DNA from: a virus
Lineage: Duplodnaviria > Caudoviricetes
Virus record (IMG/VR): IMGVR_UViG_3300031519_000033
Coordinates: 1 to 50,376 of that record
DNA length: 50,376 nt
Strand: one strand, 5' to 3'
Within the stretch, counting starts at the first letter, position 1, and every line of letters begins with the position of its first letter. Of this stretch, positions 30,047 to 38,347 are shown piece after piece. The notes beneath the pieces are model-generated. The model was not told the origin of the DNA, searched no databases, and saw only the letters and a program-made list of their open reading frames with translations. The translations under genes were made by a program, and so were the position numbers.

Positions 30047-30458
30047 GGAATTAAAGAAACATTCGATCTATCTAAAAATGGCAAGCGAATGGGCAGGAAA
30101 CTCGTGTTGTAATAGAAAGAAAGTAGGAGCGCTTATCGTAAAAGATCAAATGATTATATCTGATGGATACAATGGAACCCCTAGCGGATTCTCAAATGAT
30201 TGTGAAAATGCAGATGGTAATTCAAACTGGTACGTTTTACACGCTGAGGCTAATGCTATAACTAAATTAGCAAAAAACTATTCTGGCAACGCAGATGGAT
30301 CCACATTATATGTAACATTATCTCCATGTAAAGAATGTTGTAAACTTATAATACAAACTGGAATAAAACGAGTATTTTACAAAGACAAATATAGAGATGT
30401 ATCAGGGCTATCCATTCTTAAGGAATCTGGCATAATCATAGAACAATTTGACTACTAA
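30036..30458 (+). CDS. dCMP deaminase
   Basis: KVGALIV, GYNGTP, HAEANAI and SPCKECC motifs. Confidence 0.93.
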   Translation: MNAKELKKHSIYLKMASEWAGNSCCNRKKVGALIVKDQMIISDGYNGTPSGFSNDCENADGNSNWYVLHAEANAITKLAKNYSGNADGSTLYVTLSPCKECCKLIIQTGIKRVFYKDKYRDVSGLSILKESGIIIEQFDY

Positions 30459-30459
30459 C

Positions 30460-30879
30460 ATGGAGGAAGAAGAAATAAAAACTGAAGATAGAACACTTAG
30501 GATAATTTTCATCAGAGAATTTAGATCTTTCACCTCTGTTTATCTAAAAAAAAGCAAAGAAGATTACATTCTAAACGTGAATAAGATTATTAAGGATAGG
30601 TTTAATTCAAAATTCATAGTTCCAAACAAGGTTCAATCTTTTTTGATAAACTATGAAATTAAGAAATTATTAGATAAAGCAATTTACATTAAAAATAAGA
30701 AGTATAATAATATTATATATTTAAATTCTAATTTATCTATTACTTTAATCGAGAATGCAATTCAATTTATTGAAAATGAATACCATCCAATAAATTTTGA
30801 ATATACCCTAATTGAGCCAAAGGAATTTGATAACGAGGGATTAGATAGGATAAAACAATTAAATATTGTTAATCTTTAA
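30460..30879 (+). CDS. Hypothetical protein
   Basis: ATG at 30460 just after the deaminase stop codon. Confidence 0.55.
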   Translation: MEEEEIKTEDRTLRIIFIREFRSFTSVYLKKSKEDYILNVNKIIKDRFNSKFIVPNKVQSFLINYEIKKLLDKAIYIKNKKYNNIIYLNSNLSITLIENAIQFIENEYHPINFEYTLIEPKEFDNEGLDRIKQLNIVNL

Positions 30880-30885
30880 TATCTG

Positions 30886-31503
30886 TTAGCTATCTACCTT
30901 ATATTTTGTTAAGTATCCTGGAAGCTGCTTAGATAGTAATTCAAGTGATGCTTGATCTTCAGATGCTAGTTTAGTTTTCCTTTTAACATAATCAAGTCTT
31001 AACATTCCTATCGCGTTGTTGTTTATATCTATAATAGGCCAGTAGTAAGTTGACTTAACACCATCCTCTAATAAATGATATTTACACAAACCTTCAGGAT
31101 ATTGTTTAGTATCTGCACTCCAAAATTCTCCATTTAACATCAATGGCTGTAGAGTAGTCATGCATGCCGAAACAGGTATATCTTGCTTACTAAGTTGTAT
31201 GCTAGATACTCCGTTATCTACTTGTTCATACGACATTGACATTTTCTGCATAGACTTACCTGAGTAATAATATCCACCATTATGAAATGAAAATATGCAT
31301 ATTCGATCTGAATGAGTCAAATCTAATACCTCCTTTAGTTTTTCAAGAACTGCCGTGTCTTCTAATATACATTCAGAAACTTGACATATTTCCAAGTTAT
31401 TCTTATCTGTATCAAGCTTATTCTTATACCATATAACAATAAGAGTAGTGCCAGCTCCTATTAATGTTGTAAGTACGGGTATTAATACACTCAACATTTC
31501 CAT
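30886..31503 (-). CDS. Single-TM plus GAF-like domain protein; candidate T4 T-type holin
   Basis: N-terminal TM helix, then SDRICIFSFHNG...GVKSTYYWPI...IGMLRLDY. Last gene of the late tail-tube unit. Confidence 0.5.
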   Translation of the reverse strand: MEMLSVLIPVLTTLIGAGTTLIVIWYKNKLDTDKNNLEICQVSECILEDTAVLEKLKEVLDLTHSDRICIFSFHNGGYYYSGKSMQKMSMSYEQVDNGVSSIQLSKQDIPVSACMTTLQPLMLNGEFWSADTKQYPEGLCKYHLLEDGVKSTYYWPIIDINNNAIGMLRLDYVKRKTKLASEDQASLELLSKQLPGYLTKYKVDS

Positions 31504-31514
31504 CTTCTAATATC

Positions 31515-31997
31515 TTAATTTTTAGAAGAACACTTTTTACACTCACAGTCGTCGTCACACTTACAATCGTCGTCGTCACTTTCGAGTTGAGATGGAACGT
31601 AATCTCTCACTTGATGGTCTGACTCTAATACAAAACCTGCAAAACTTGTATTACACTTATGTTCGTTTGTTTTATCATTTTTAACAACTACTGGAATACC
31701 CATTGTTTCGTAAGGGTCCTTATAATCATAAGGATTCGTACCGTCTACGTGTGTTGATCTATCTCCACCCATAGCTTTATACGTTGGGTCGTACACTTGA
31801 TTATTGAAAAGATTATTAGAATCGTGTCTATCTACCGTTCGCTGATATTCCTTTAGTTTTCTATCCTTATTTACGTATTTACCTTTACCATCTTTCAATA
31901 GCATACCTGATGAAGGTCCACCAAATGCTGGCTTTTTTAAATCCATAAAATCATCAAAGTTATGGACATCTTTTCTTTTAACGTCAAATATTTCCAT
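31515..31997 (-). CDS. Hypothetical late protein with an acidic Cys-rich tail
   Basis: VHNFDDF and TSFAGFVLES motifs; ends DDDDCKCDDDCECKKC. Confidence 0.55.
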   Translation of the reverse strand: MEIFDVKRKDVHNFDDFMDLKKPAFGGPSSGMLLKDGKGKYVNKDRKLKEYQRTVDRHDSNNLFNNQVYDPTYKAMGGDRSTHVDGTNPYDYKDPYETMGIPVVVKNDKTNEHKCNTSFAGFVLESDHQVRDYVPSQLESDDDDCKCDDDCECKKCSSKN

Positions 31998-32015
31998 TAT
32001 TATTAATGATTATTT

Positions 32016-32594
32016 TTATATGTTGATTTGACCAACTCTAGTTTCCGTGTAAGTATCACAAATAAACTTAGCATCTAATGTGTAGATACCAGTTGTGCCA
32101 GTAGCCATATAATCAAGATCCATTGCATTAAGTGGTTCTGCTAAGAATGCAGGTTTGAATTTGAATTCTCTGAATATATCTCCAGCCTTATTGAATATAA
32201 AAACTGCGATTTCTCCAACGTAGTCTTTCTTTAATCCTTGTCTACCGTTAAGTGGATCATATATTAAATCTCCCCATCCTCTTAATGTATTATAAACATA
32301 CATATTGTTCTCGTCGTTAAGGTTAACTTCGAATTTGATAGTCAAGGTAGTTAGTGTATCGTTAGGTACACCGTCAGCAAATGCGCGTTTAGCAAATTTG
32401 TAACCCTGTGTTGTTGCTCCTTTAGTAAACAATTCAGGAAGACCTGATATAGTTTTTACTTGTTCTACTAATAGTTCAACATTATCTGTAATCGCACTAG
32501 GTGGTGTAATTATAACTTCAAACTGATTTTTAAAGATCGGTTCGTAATAATTAGTCGCAGCTTGCGAATTATTCCAATGTGGTAATCCAGCCAT
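32016..32594 (-). CDS. gp19: Tail tube protein (gp19-like)
   Basis: YEPIFKNQFEV, W..LIYDPLNGRQGLKKDY and MDLDY; about 190 aa. Confidence 0.8.
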   Translation of the reverse strand: MAGLPHWNNSQAATNYYEPIFKNQFEVIITPPSAITDNVELLVEQVKTISGLPELFTKGATTQGYKFAKRAFADGVPNDTLTTLTIKFEVNLNDENNMYVYNTLRGWGDLIYDPLNGRQGLKKDYVGEIAVFIFNKAGDIFREFKFKPAFLAEPLNAMDLDYMATGTTGIYTLDAKFICDTYTETRVGQINI

Positions 32595-32614
32595 TTTATA
32601 TAGATTATTTTAAT

Positions 32615-32621
32615 TATTTAT
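32615..32621 (-). promoter_or_regulatory. Late-promoter-like ATAAATA upstream of the tail tube gene
   Basis: The minus strand reads GAATAAATAATTAA, 20 nt before the ATG. Confidence 0.6.
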
Positions 32622-32693
32622 TCGAAACAACAATAAAGTTTCTTTAAATTTGATTTCTTTATGTTGTTTTTTACAATACTAGTCTATTAACAC

Positions 32694-32732
32694 AACAAAA
32701 GTGAGATTTGAAAAACAGATCTCACTTTTGTT
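32694..32732 (-). terminator. Terminator-like hairpin after the two small late genes
   Basis: AACAAAAGTGAGATTT...AGATCTCACTTTTGTT inverted repeat. Confidence 0.65.
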
Positions 32733-32753
32733 AAACTTTATTAAGCTATATTA

Positions 32754-33020
32754 TTATTTTTCTTTTGCTTCTTTTCTATCCCTAGTTTTGGTGTAGTTTT
32801 TCCAAAGTGTGTTATAAATTTTACAAGATGCTCCCAGAAAATTAATAATACCAACATATTTCTTCTTCTCAAGTCCGTCCATGTTAGCTACCTTAGATCC
32901 AATCCTTTTAGCATCGCCGACTGTTAATTCTTCGTCCTCTTCTTTATTTACTAATTTCTTAAGATCCCCTTTCTTTTCAAAAACTGAGAACTCTTCAAAA
33001 CTTCCTATTGCTCGATTCAT
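32754..33020 (-). CDS. Small late protein, putative head protein
   Basis: N-terminus MNRAIGSFEEFSVFE. Confidence 0.55.
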   Translation of the reverse strand: MNRAIGSFEEFSVFEKKGDLKKLVNKEEDEELTVGDAKRIGSKVANMDGLEKKKYVGIINFLGASCKIYNTLWKNYTKTRDRKEAKEK

Positions 33021-33030
33021 TAAAGTTAGA

Positions 33031-33270
33031 TTATTTCTTTGATCCGTTACCTACTACTTTGATATTCTTTACTTTAGCTAAATGTTCCTTAGTAAATTTG
33101 CTTAATTGAGGAGTTCCAGATCCTTTAATAGACGCAGCTGAAAGCTCTTGATTAAATTTCTTAGCTCCGGCATCTTTATTAGCTATATTCGCTTTTTTAG
33201 AGTAACCTCCTTCTGCGCTTTTAAAAGCAGACATAAAAGAGTTATAATTCATTACAGGATTCTTCTTCAT
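33031..33270 (-). CDS. Small basic late protein
   Basis: Lys-rich; preceded by ATAAATA at 33292-33298. Confidence 0.55.
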   Translation of the reverse strand: MKKNPVMNYNSFMSAFKSAEGGYSKKANIANKDAGAKKFNQELSAASIKGSGTPQLSKFTKEHLAKVKNIKVVGNGSKK

Positions 33271-33291
33271 GATATCATGATTATTTTTTAT

Positions 33292-33337
33292 TATTTATCT
33301 TTAATCCTTGTAACTTTTTAAGTATTATTATTATAAT
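33292..33337. promoter_or_regulatory. Divergent promoters: late ATAAATA (-, 33292-33298) and TAAC-N16-TTATAAT (+, 33311-33337)
   Basis: Both motifs lie in the divergent intergenic gap. Confidence 0.5.
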
Positions 33338-33354
33338 CTAAAAATATAATAAAT

Positions 33355-33903
33355 ATGGAACTGCATCAAATACCAAACAAATCTTATGTTAGAATTATTC
33401 CTCAAATTGAACCTTCACCATATTCCGGGTTAAAGTCCGGAGACCAAATAGACTTAGAACAATCAATTGCTCAAGTTGAATGGGAAAATGGTAATAATCT
33501 AGAATCTAAAGTACATGTTCCGCCTGGTGCCCGAGATATAAAAAAAGGAGAATTAATATTCTTTGATCATATTGATGGAATGTATTCTTTTTGCTACCAA
33601 GTAGATCCCGATACCCTTGAACATTCACATATCGTTCACATAGCGGCATGGACCCAAGTTGAACCAGTTGAATTAGGTGAATTATTTACATTTGAAGAAA
33701 TTAGAACTAAGATCGGAAGATCTGGATATGGAAAAACAGGTAAAGGAAAACATAGATCAGCTCAATTATTTGAAATGAATGATGAGTGGGTCACCGCATC
33801 TATTCCATATGTACCAGAGGATCATCCTCATAGAAAATATTACATTAAAGAATTAGAATATAGAAAGGAACATGGTATCGCTATCGATGATACTGAAGAT
33901 TAA
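33355..33903 (+). CDS. Hypothetical protein
   Basis: ORF following the promoter motif. Confidence 0.6.
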   Translation: MELHQIPNKSYVRIIPQIEPSPYSGLKSGDQIDLEQSIAQVEWENGNNLESKVHVPPGARDIKKGELIFFDHIDGMYSFCYQVDPDTLEHSHIVHIAAWTQVEPVELGELFTFEEIRTKIGRSGYGKTGKGKHRSAQLFEMNDEWVTASIPYVPEDHPHRKYYIKELEYRKEHGIAIDDTED

Positions 33904-34240
33904 AAATAGGCAGCTGACACTAAAAATAATCCAAATATTATGGAAACACAATTAATTATTATAGTATCAGTTTTATCAACACTAGGTGTAGTTGCGTTAG
34001 TTTCGGCTATCGTGGTTGCGTTTTTTAAGTTGAAAAGTAAGGTTGATGTTCAATACATGGACACACAAGTAGAGAATATCTACAAAATGATCGATGAAAA
34101 TCGATCCGATTTAGAAGAAGGAGTCAGTATCTGTCATAAAGAGATTGACTCCAGATGTGACAGGCTCTATGATAAAATCGAGCAAGTCAAAAAAGCGGCG
34201 GAAGCCAACAGTTAATTAAAATCGTTAGCTGCCTATTTTT
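33902..34240. repeat. 17-bp inverted repeat enclosing a whole gene
   Basis: AAAAATAGGCAGCTGAC (33902-33918) versus GTTAGCTGCCTATTTTT (34224-34240): 16/17 Watson-Crick pairs plus one G-U. Confidence 0.85.
33940..34215 (+). CDS. Small membrane-anchored coiled-coil protein
   Basis: N-terminal hydrophobic helix followed by a heptad-like charged region. Confidence 0.65.
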   Translation: METQLIIIVSVLSTLGVVALVSAIVVAFFKLKSKVDVQYMDTQVENIYKMIDENRSDLEEGVSICHKEIDSRCDRLYDKIEQVKKAAEANS

Positions 34241-34256
34241 TAAATATTATTAATTC

Positions 34257-35843
34257 ATGAAGAACATAAAGTTAGACTACGATCCACGTTCACAACAAAT
34301 TGAAATCTTAGATTTTGTAAAGGATTCAATTGATAAGGATAAAAAGTTCATGATGATTGATGCTCCTACTGGAGTTGGAAAATCATATGCCGCTGTTATG
34401 ATTGCAGATTGGTATTCAAAGGAAGTAAACGTAGATGCTAAGTTCGACATAATCACCAACACTAAGTTATTACAGGATCAATATACTAATGATTTCCCAT
34501 TTATGGCTTCACTCAAGGGAAGTAGAAGTTATTGGTGTAGAACTAATCTAATGAGTTGCGGAGAATCTAAAATCCTTAATAAAGTAAAGGGTAAAAGGTG
34601 CGGAACATGTCCTCACAATATAGCACAAGCCCAATTTCAACACGAACGTATAAGTTTAGCTAATTATCATTTACTTACAGCATTAACGATGTATGCTCCT
34701 GATAAATTAGCAGAAAGAGGATCTAATGTCTTAATTATTGATGAAGCTCACTCGTTTGAAGAAGCATTCTGTGATTTTATCGCATCTACTTTTTCTGAAA
34801 GAAGTTTAACTAATCTTGGGATATGGAATGAATACATGTCAGCAGATCTTAGCGAAATTAAAGATATTATACAACTTTCTACCTATGTATCTAAAGTAAT
34901 AATTCCAAAGTTAATTAGCAACATAGAGGAATGTATCGCAGATGCCAAAGAAACACGAGGTAAGAAAAAAAGAGCTGAACTTGTAAATAAAGCAGATCTT
35001 TGTGATAAAACAATGTGTAAGTACAATAGATTTATCAACGATGAGCATAATTATCAACATAATTGGGTATTTGAAAAGGAATTAGACCAAGATGGCAAAA
35101 CTAAGATATTAGTTGAGCCTATATGGGGAAACGAATACATGAAGGAGATGTTCTTTAATAAATACGATCATGTAATATTAATGTCAGGAACCATACTAGA
35201 CCCTGAAATGATGGCATTCTTAATGGGACTAAAAAAAGAAGAATATTCGTATCTAGAATTACCATGTCCGTTTGAAGCAAGTAAGCGACCAATCATATAT
35301 CTTAAGTTTGGAAAAATGTCATACTATGATAAGCAGGAAACATTTAAGACAGCAATTCCGGTAATGAAGAAGATTCTTCTTAAGAACAAAGATAATAAAG
35401 GAATTATACACTCTGGTAATTATCAATTTAGCGATTGGATACGACGTAATATCAAGGATGATAGATTACTTATCCACGACTCTTCAACACGTGAGAAATC
35501 ACTGAAACATCATATGGAATCAGAATTTGAGACCGTTCTAGTTTCTCCATCAATGATGAACGGAATAGATTTAAAAGATAATCTATCGAGATTTCAGATA
35601 ATCGTTAAAGTTCCATTCCCAAATTTAAGAAGCAGCAAAATCAAAAGAAGATTAGATACTAAACCTGAATGGTATAATTGGAAAACTCTTATAGAAGTAA
35701 TGCAGTCGTATGGTAGATCAATACGAAACGACGACGATTGGGCTGAAACTTACATATTAGATTCATGCTTTGACCAGATAATACAAAGGAAGATTCCAAA
35801 ATATTTTAGAGACGCGATTATAATAAAGCGATTAAATAAGTAA
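34257..35843 (+). CDS. DinG/YoaA-like SF2 helicase
   Basis: Q motif PRSQQ, APTGVGKS, Cys cluster, IIDEAH, MSGT, GID and QSYGRSIR. Confidence 0.88.
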   Translation: MKNIKLDYDPRSQQIEILDFVKDSIDKDKKFMMIDAPTGVGKSYAAVMIADWYSKEVNVDAKFDIITNTKLLQDQYTNDFPFMASLKGSRSYWCRTNLMSCGESKILNKVKGKRCGTCPHNIAQAQFQHERISLANYHLLTALTMYAPDKLAERGSNVLIIDEAHSFEEAFCDFIASTFSERSLTNLGIWNEYMSADLSEIKDIIQLSTYVSKVIIPKLISNIEECIADAKETRGKKKRAELVNKADLCDKTMCKYNRFINDEHNYQHNWVFEKELDQDGKTKILVEPIWGNEYMKEMFFNKYDHVILMSGTILDPEMMAFLMGLKKEEYSYLELPCPFEASKRPIIYLKFGKMSYYDKQETFKTAIPVMKKILLKNKDNKGIIHSGNYQFSDWIRRNIKDDRLLIHDSSTREKSLKHHMESEFETVLVSPSMMNGIDLKDNLSRFQIIVKVPFPNLRSSKIKRRLDTKPEWYNWKTLIEVMQSYGRSIRNDDDWAETYILDSCFDQIIQRKIPKYFRDAIIIKRLNK

Positions 35844-35853
35844 TATACATTTG

Positions 35854-35880
35854 AAACTTCATTAAAAAATAGTGTATAAT
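35854..35880 (+). promoter_or_regulatory. AAAC-N16-GTATAAT promoter-like motif upstream of topoisomerase II
   Basis: AAAC at 35854-35857, GTATAAT at 35874-35880, only 5 nt before the ATG. Confidence 0.65.
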
Positions 35881-35885
35881 TTATT

Positions 35886-37754
35886 ATGGCAAAACAGAAA
35901 ATAGAAGAACAATATCAGAAGCTAACTGATCGAGAGCATGTTCTACATCGACCATATATGTACGTCGGTTCAACCACACCACATACTGGAGATCATCATT
36001 TGTATGACGGAACGGAGATATCATATGAATCAGTAACATACAACCCTGCATTCCTTAAAATATTTGACGAGATACTTTCTAATTCAGTTGATGAACATAG
36101 GAAATCTAAATCGTTAAACGAAATTAAAGTAACATTCAATCTTGATGCAGGTACTATTATAGTATGGGATAACGGCGGAATCCCGGTACAAAAACATAAA
36201 GTTCATAATGAATGGATTCCTGAAATGATTTTCTCAAATCTAAAAGCAGGATCTAGTTTTGATGATACTAAGGATAGAAATACAGCAGGGACCAATGGAG
36301 TTGGAGCAACGTTAACAAATATCTTTAGTAATAAGTTCACGATTAAAACATGTGACGGTAAGAAAAGATTCGAACAATATTTTACCAAGAACATGAGCAA
36401 GCGGTCTACGCCTAAGATATCAGATGGACAGAGGGGATTTACTGAAATTACATATGAGCCAGATCTAGAACGGTTCAAAATGAAAGTAATTGACGACAAG
36501 ACTTATAGGATTCTTTATAAACGATGTCTAGATGCCGCCGCATGTAACCCTCGATTATACATTCATATTCATACTATTAAAGATGGAAAGAAAACAATCA
36601 ACAAATTAAAGTTTAAGAAATTCGAAGAGTATATTAAACTATACACGGGAGAAAGGGAATATTTTTACGAAGAATCAAAAGATTGGAAGGTTGGATTCTC
36701 AAGTTCAACTGACGGATTCACCAATGTAAGCTTCGTAAATTCAGTTCATACAAGTGATGGCGGAACTCACGTTGACTATATCAATAATCAATTGATCAAT
36801 CATTTAAGAGCAATGATTCTTAAGAAACATAAGGTTGCAGTAAAGCCCAGTGATATTCGAAATCATCTGTATTTGTTTATTGATTGTATGATTGTAAATC
36901 CCGCATTTAGTTCTCAAACCAAAGAGAAATTAATAACGGAACATAGATTATTTAAGACTACTCACGAAGTAACTGAGAAAATAGCTAAACAAATATTTAA
37001 ATCTGAAATCATGGAATCTATCCTTGATTGGGTTGAAAGAAAACAACTTGCAGAGGAAAGATTAGAACTTAGAAAATTAAACAAGTCTCTTGATAAAGGA
37101 CGAGTTGAAAAACTAATAGATGCTCAGAAAAAAGGAGATAGGTCTAAATGTATCCTCGGAGTATACGAAGGAATGTCCGCACTATCTGCGGTACGTAAAT
37201 TTAGAAATACTCAAATGATGGGAGCATATCCATTAAAGGGTAAATTTACAAATGTCCATGAATTACCTAATTCAAAAGTTATTCAAAATGACGAAGTAAA
37301 AGGCCTAATGGGATCACTTGGTTTAAAATTAGGTGAGGAACCTAAGAATTTACGCTATGGAAAGGTGTATATCTATACAGACGCAGATCCCGATGGTAAC
37401 TCAATTGCTGCCCAATTAATGAACTTCTTTGCTAAATATTGGCCAGAACTATTCGAACAGGGATTTATATTTAAAGTTATGACACCTCTCGTCGTCGTTA
37501 AGAAAGGAAATAAGAGTCATACATTTTATACAAACGATGAATTCAAAGAATGGGAGGTTAAACTTACTTCAAATATAGGATCATGGGAAATCGAGTATAA
37601 AAAGGGACTTGCTGCTCTTGAAGATGATGAGTATGAAAAGATAATAACTGACCCAAATGTGGTAGAAATTACTTACGATAAGGAAGCTAAAAATTCCTTA
37701 GAAGATTGGTTCGGAAAAGATTCACAACCCCGTAAAGACAAACTATTAAAATGA
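35886..37754 (+). CDS. gp39: Type IIA topoisomerase ATPase/TOPRIM subunit (gp39+60 fused)
   Basis: EHVLHRPYMYVGS, EILSNSVDE, DNGGIP, GTNGVGA, EGMSA, PLKGK, DADPDG and YKKGL. Confidence 0.93.
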   Translation: MAKQKIEEQYQKLTDREHVLHRPYMYVGSTTPHTGDHHLYDGTEISYESVTYNPAFLKIFDEILSNSVDEHRKSKSLNEIKVTFNLDAGTIIVWDNGGIPVQKHKVHNEWIPEMIFSNLKAGSSFDDTKDRNTAGTNGVGATLTNIFSNKFTIKTCDGKKRFEQYFTKNMSKRSTPKISDGQRGFTEITYEPDLERFKMKVIDDKTYRILYKRCLDAAACNPRLYIHIHTIKDGKKTINKLKFKKFEEYIKLYTGEREYFYEESKDWKVGFSSSTDGFTNVSFVNSVHTSDGGTHVDYINNQLINHLRAMILKKHKVAVKPSDIRNHLYLFIDCMIVNPAFSSQTKEKLITEHRLFKTTHEVTEKIAKQIFKSEIMESILDWVERKQLAEERLELRKLNKSLDKGRVEKLIDAQKKGDRSKCILGVYEGMSALSAVRKFRNTQMMGAYPLKGKFTNVHELPNSKVIQNDEVKGLMGSLGLKLGEEPKNLRYGKVYIYTDADPDGNSIAAQLMNFFAKYWPELFEQGFIFKVMTPLVVVKKGNKSHTFYTNDEFKEWEVKLTSNIGSWEIEYKKGLAALEDDEYEKIITDPNVVEITYDKEAKNSLEDWFGKDSQPRKDKLLK

Positions 37755-38104
37755 AAGTAATTATTGCAGGTGGTAGAGATTTCAAAGACATTCGTTTAGT
37801 AATGAAAAACATGGATCATCACTTATCCAAATGTAAACATCTCGATATTGAAATCGTAAGTGGAGCTGCAAGCGGAGCTGATACGTTAGGAGAAGAGTAT
37901 GCAAAAACACGAAACTATCCAATCAAGCAGTTTCCTGCAAATTGGGATAAATTTAAAAAGGGAGCAGGTTATATAAGAAATACTGAGATGGCAGAATACG
38001 CAGACGCATTGGTTGCATTTTGGGATGGCAAAAGTCGAGGAACTATGCACATGATTAATATAGCAAATAAAAAAGGAATTCAAGTAAAAGTAATTAATTA
38101 TTAA
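37751..38104 (+). CDS. YspA/SLOG-family protein (DUF2493-like)
   Basis: IIAGGRDF, IVSGAASGAD, AGYIRN and AFWDGKSRGT. Confidence 0.85.
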   Translation: MKVIIAGGRDFKDIRLVMKNMDHHLSKCKHLDIEIVSGAASGADTLGEEYAKTRNYPIKQFPANWDKFKKGAGYIRNTEMAEYADALVAFWDGKSRGTMHMINIANKKGIQVKVINY

Positions 38105-38131
38105 TATGAAAAAATATATAAAAACAACATT

Positions 38132-38347
38132 ATGATATATTACTGTGATAATATGAGGCACTTGATATGTGTGCCATATTCAATATCAAATCTTCATAAT
38201 ATGGCAGCAGAACTAAATATAAAACGATGCTGGTTTCATAGAGACCATTATGATATTCCTAAGAGGCGAATTAAAGAGATCATGGAGAAATGCACACTTG
38301 TTTCTCCACGAGATATATTTAAAATTATAAATACAAATGATGAATAA
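38132..38347 (+). CDS. DUF4031-like small protein
   Basis: LHNMAAELNIKRCWFH..HYDI. Confidence 0.6.
   Translation: MIYYCDNMRHLICVPYSISNLHNMAAELNIKRCWFHRDHYDIPKRRIKEIMEKCTLVSPRDIFKIINTNDE

Noticed and set aside
32625-32669. AT-rich hairpin AAACAACAATAAAG/CTTTATGTTGTTT as a translation-blocking structure for the tail tube gene
   Set aside because: It lies upstream of the late motif, does not cover the start region and has low stability.
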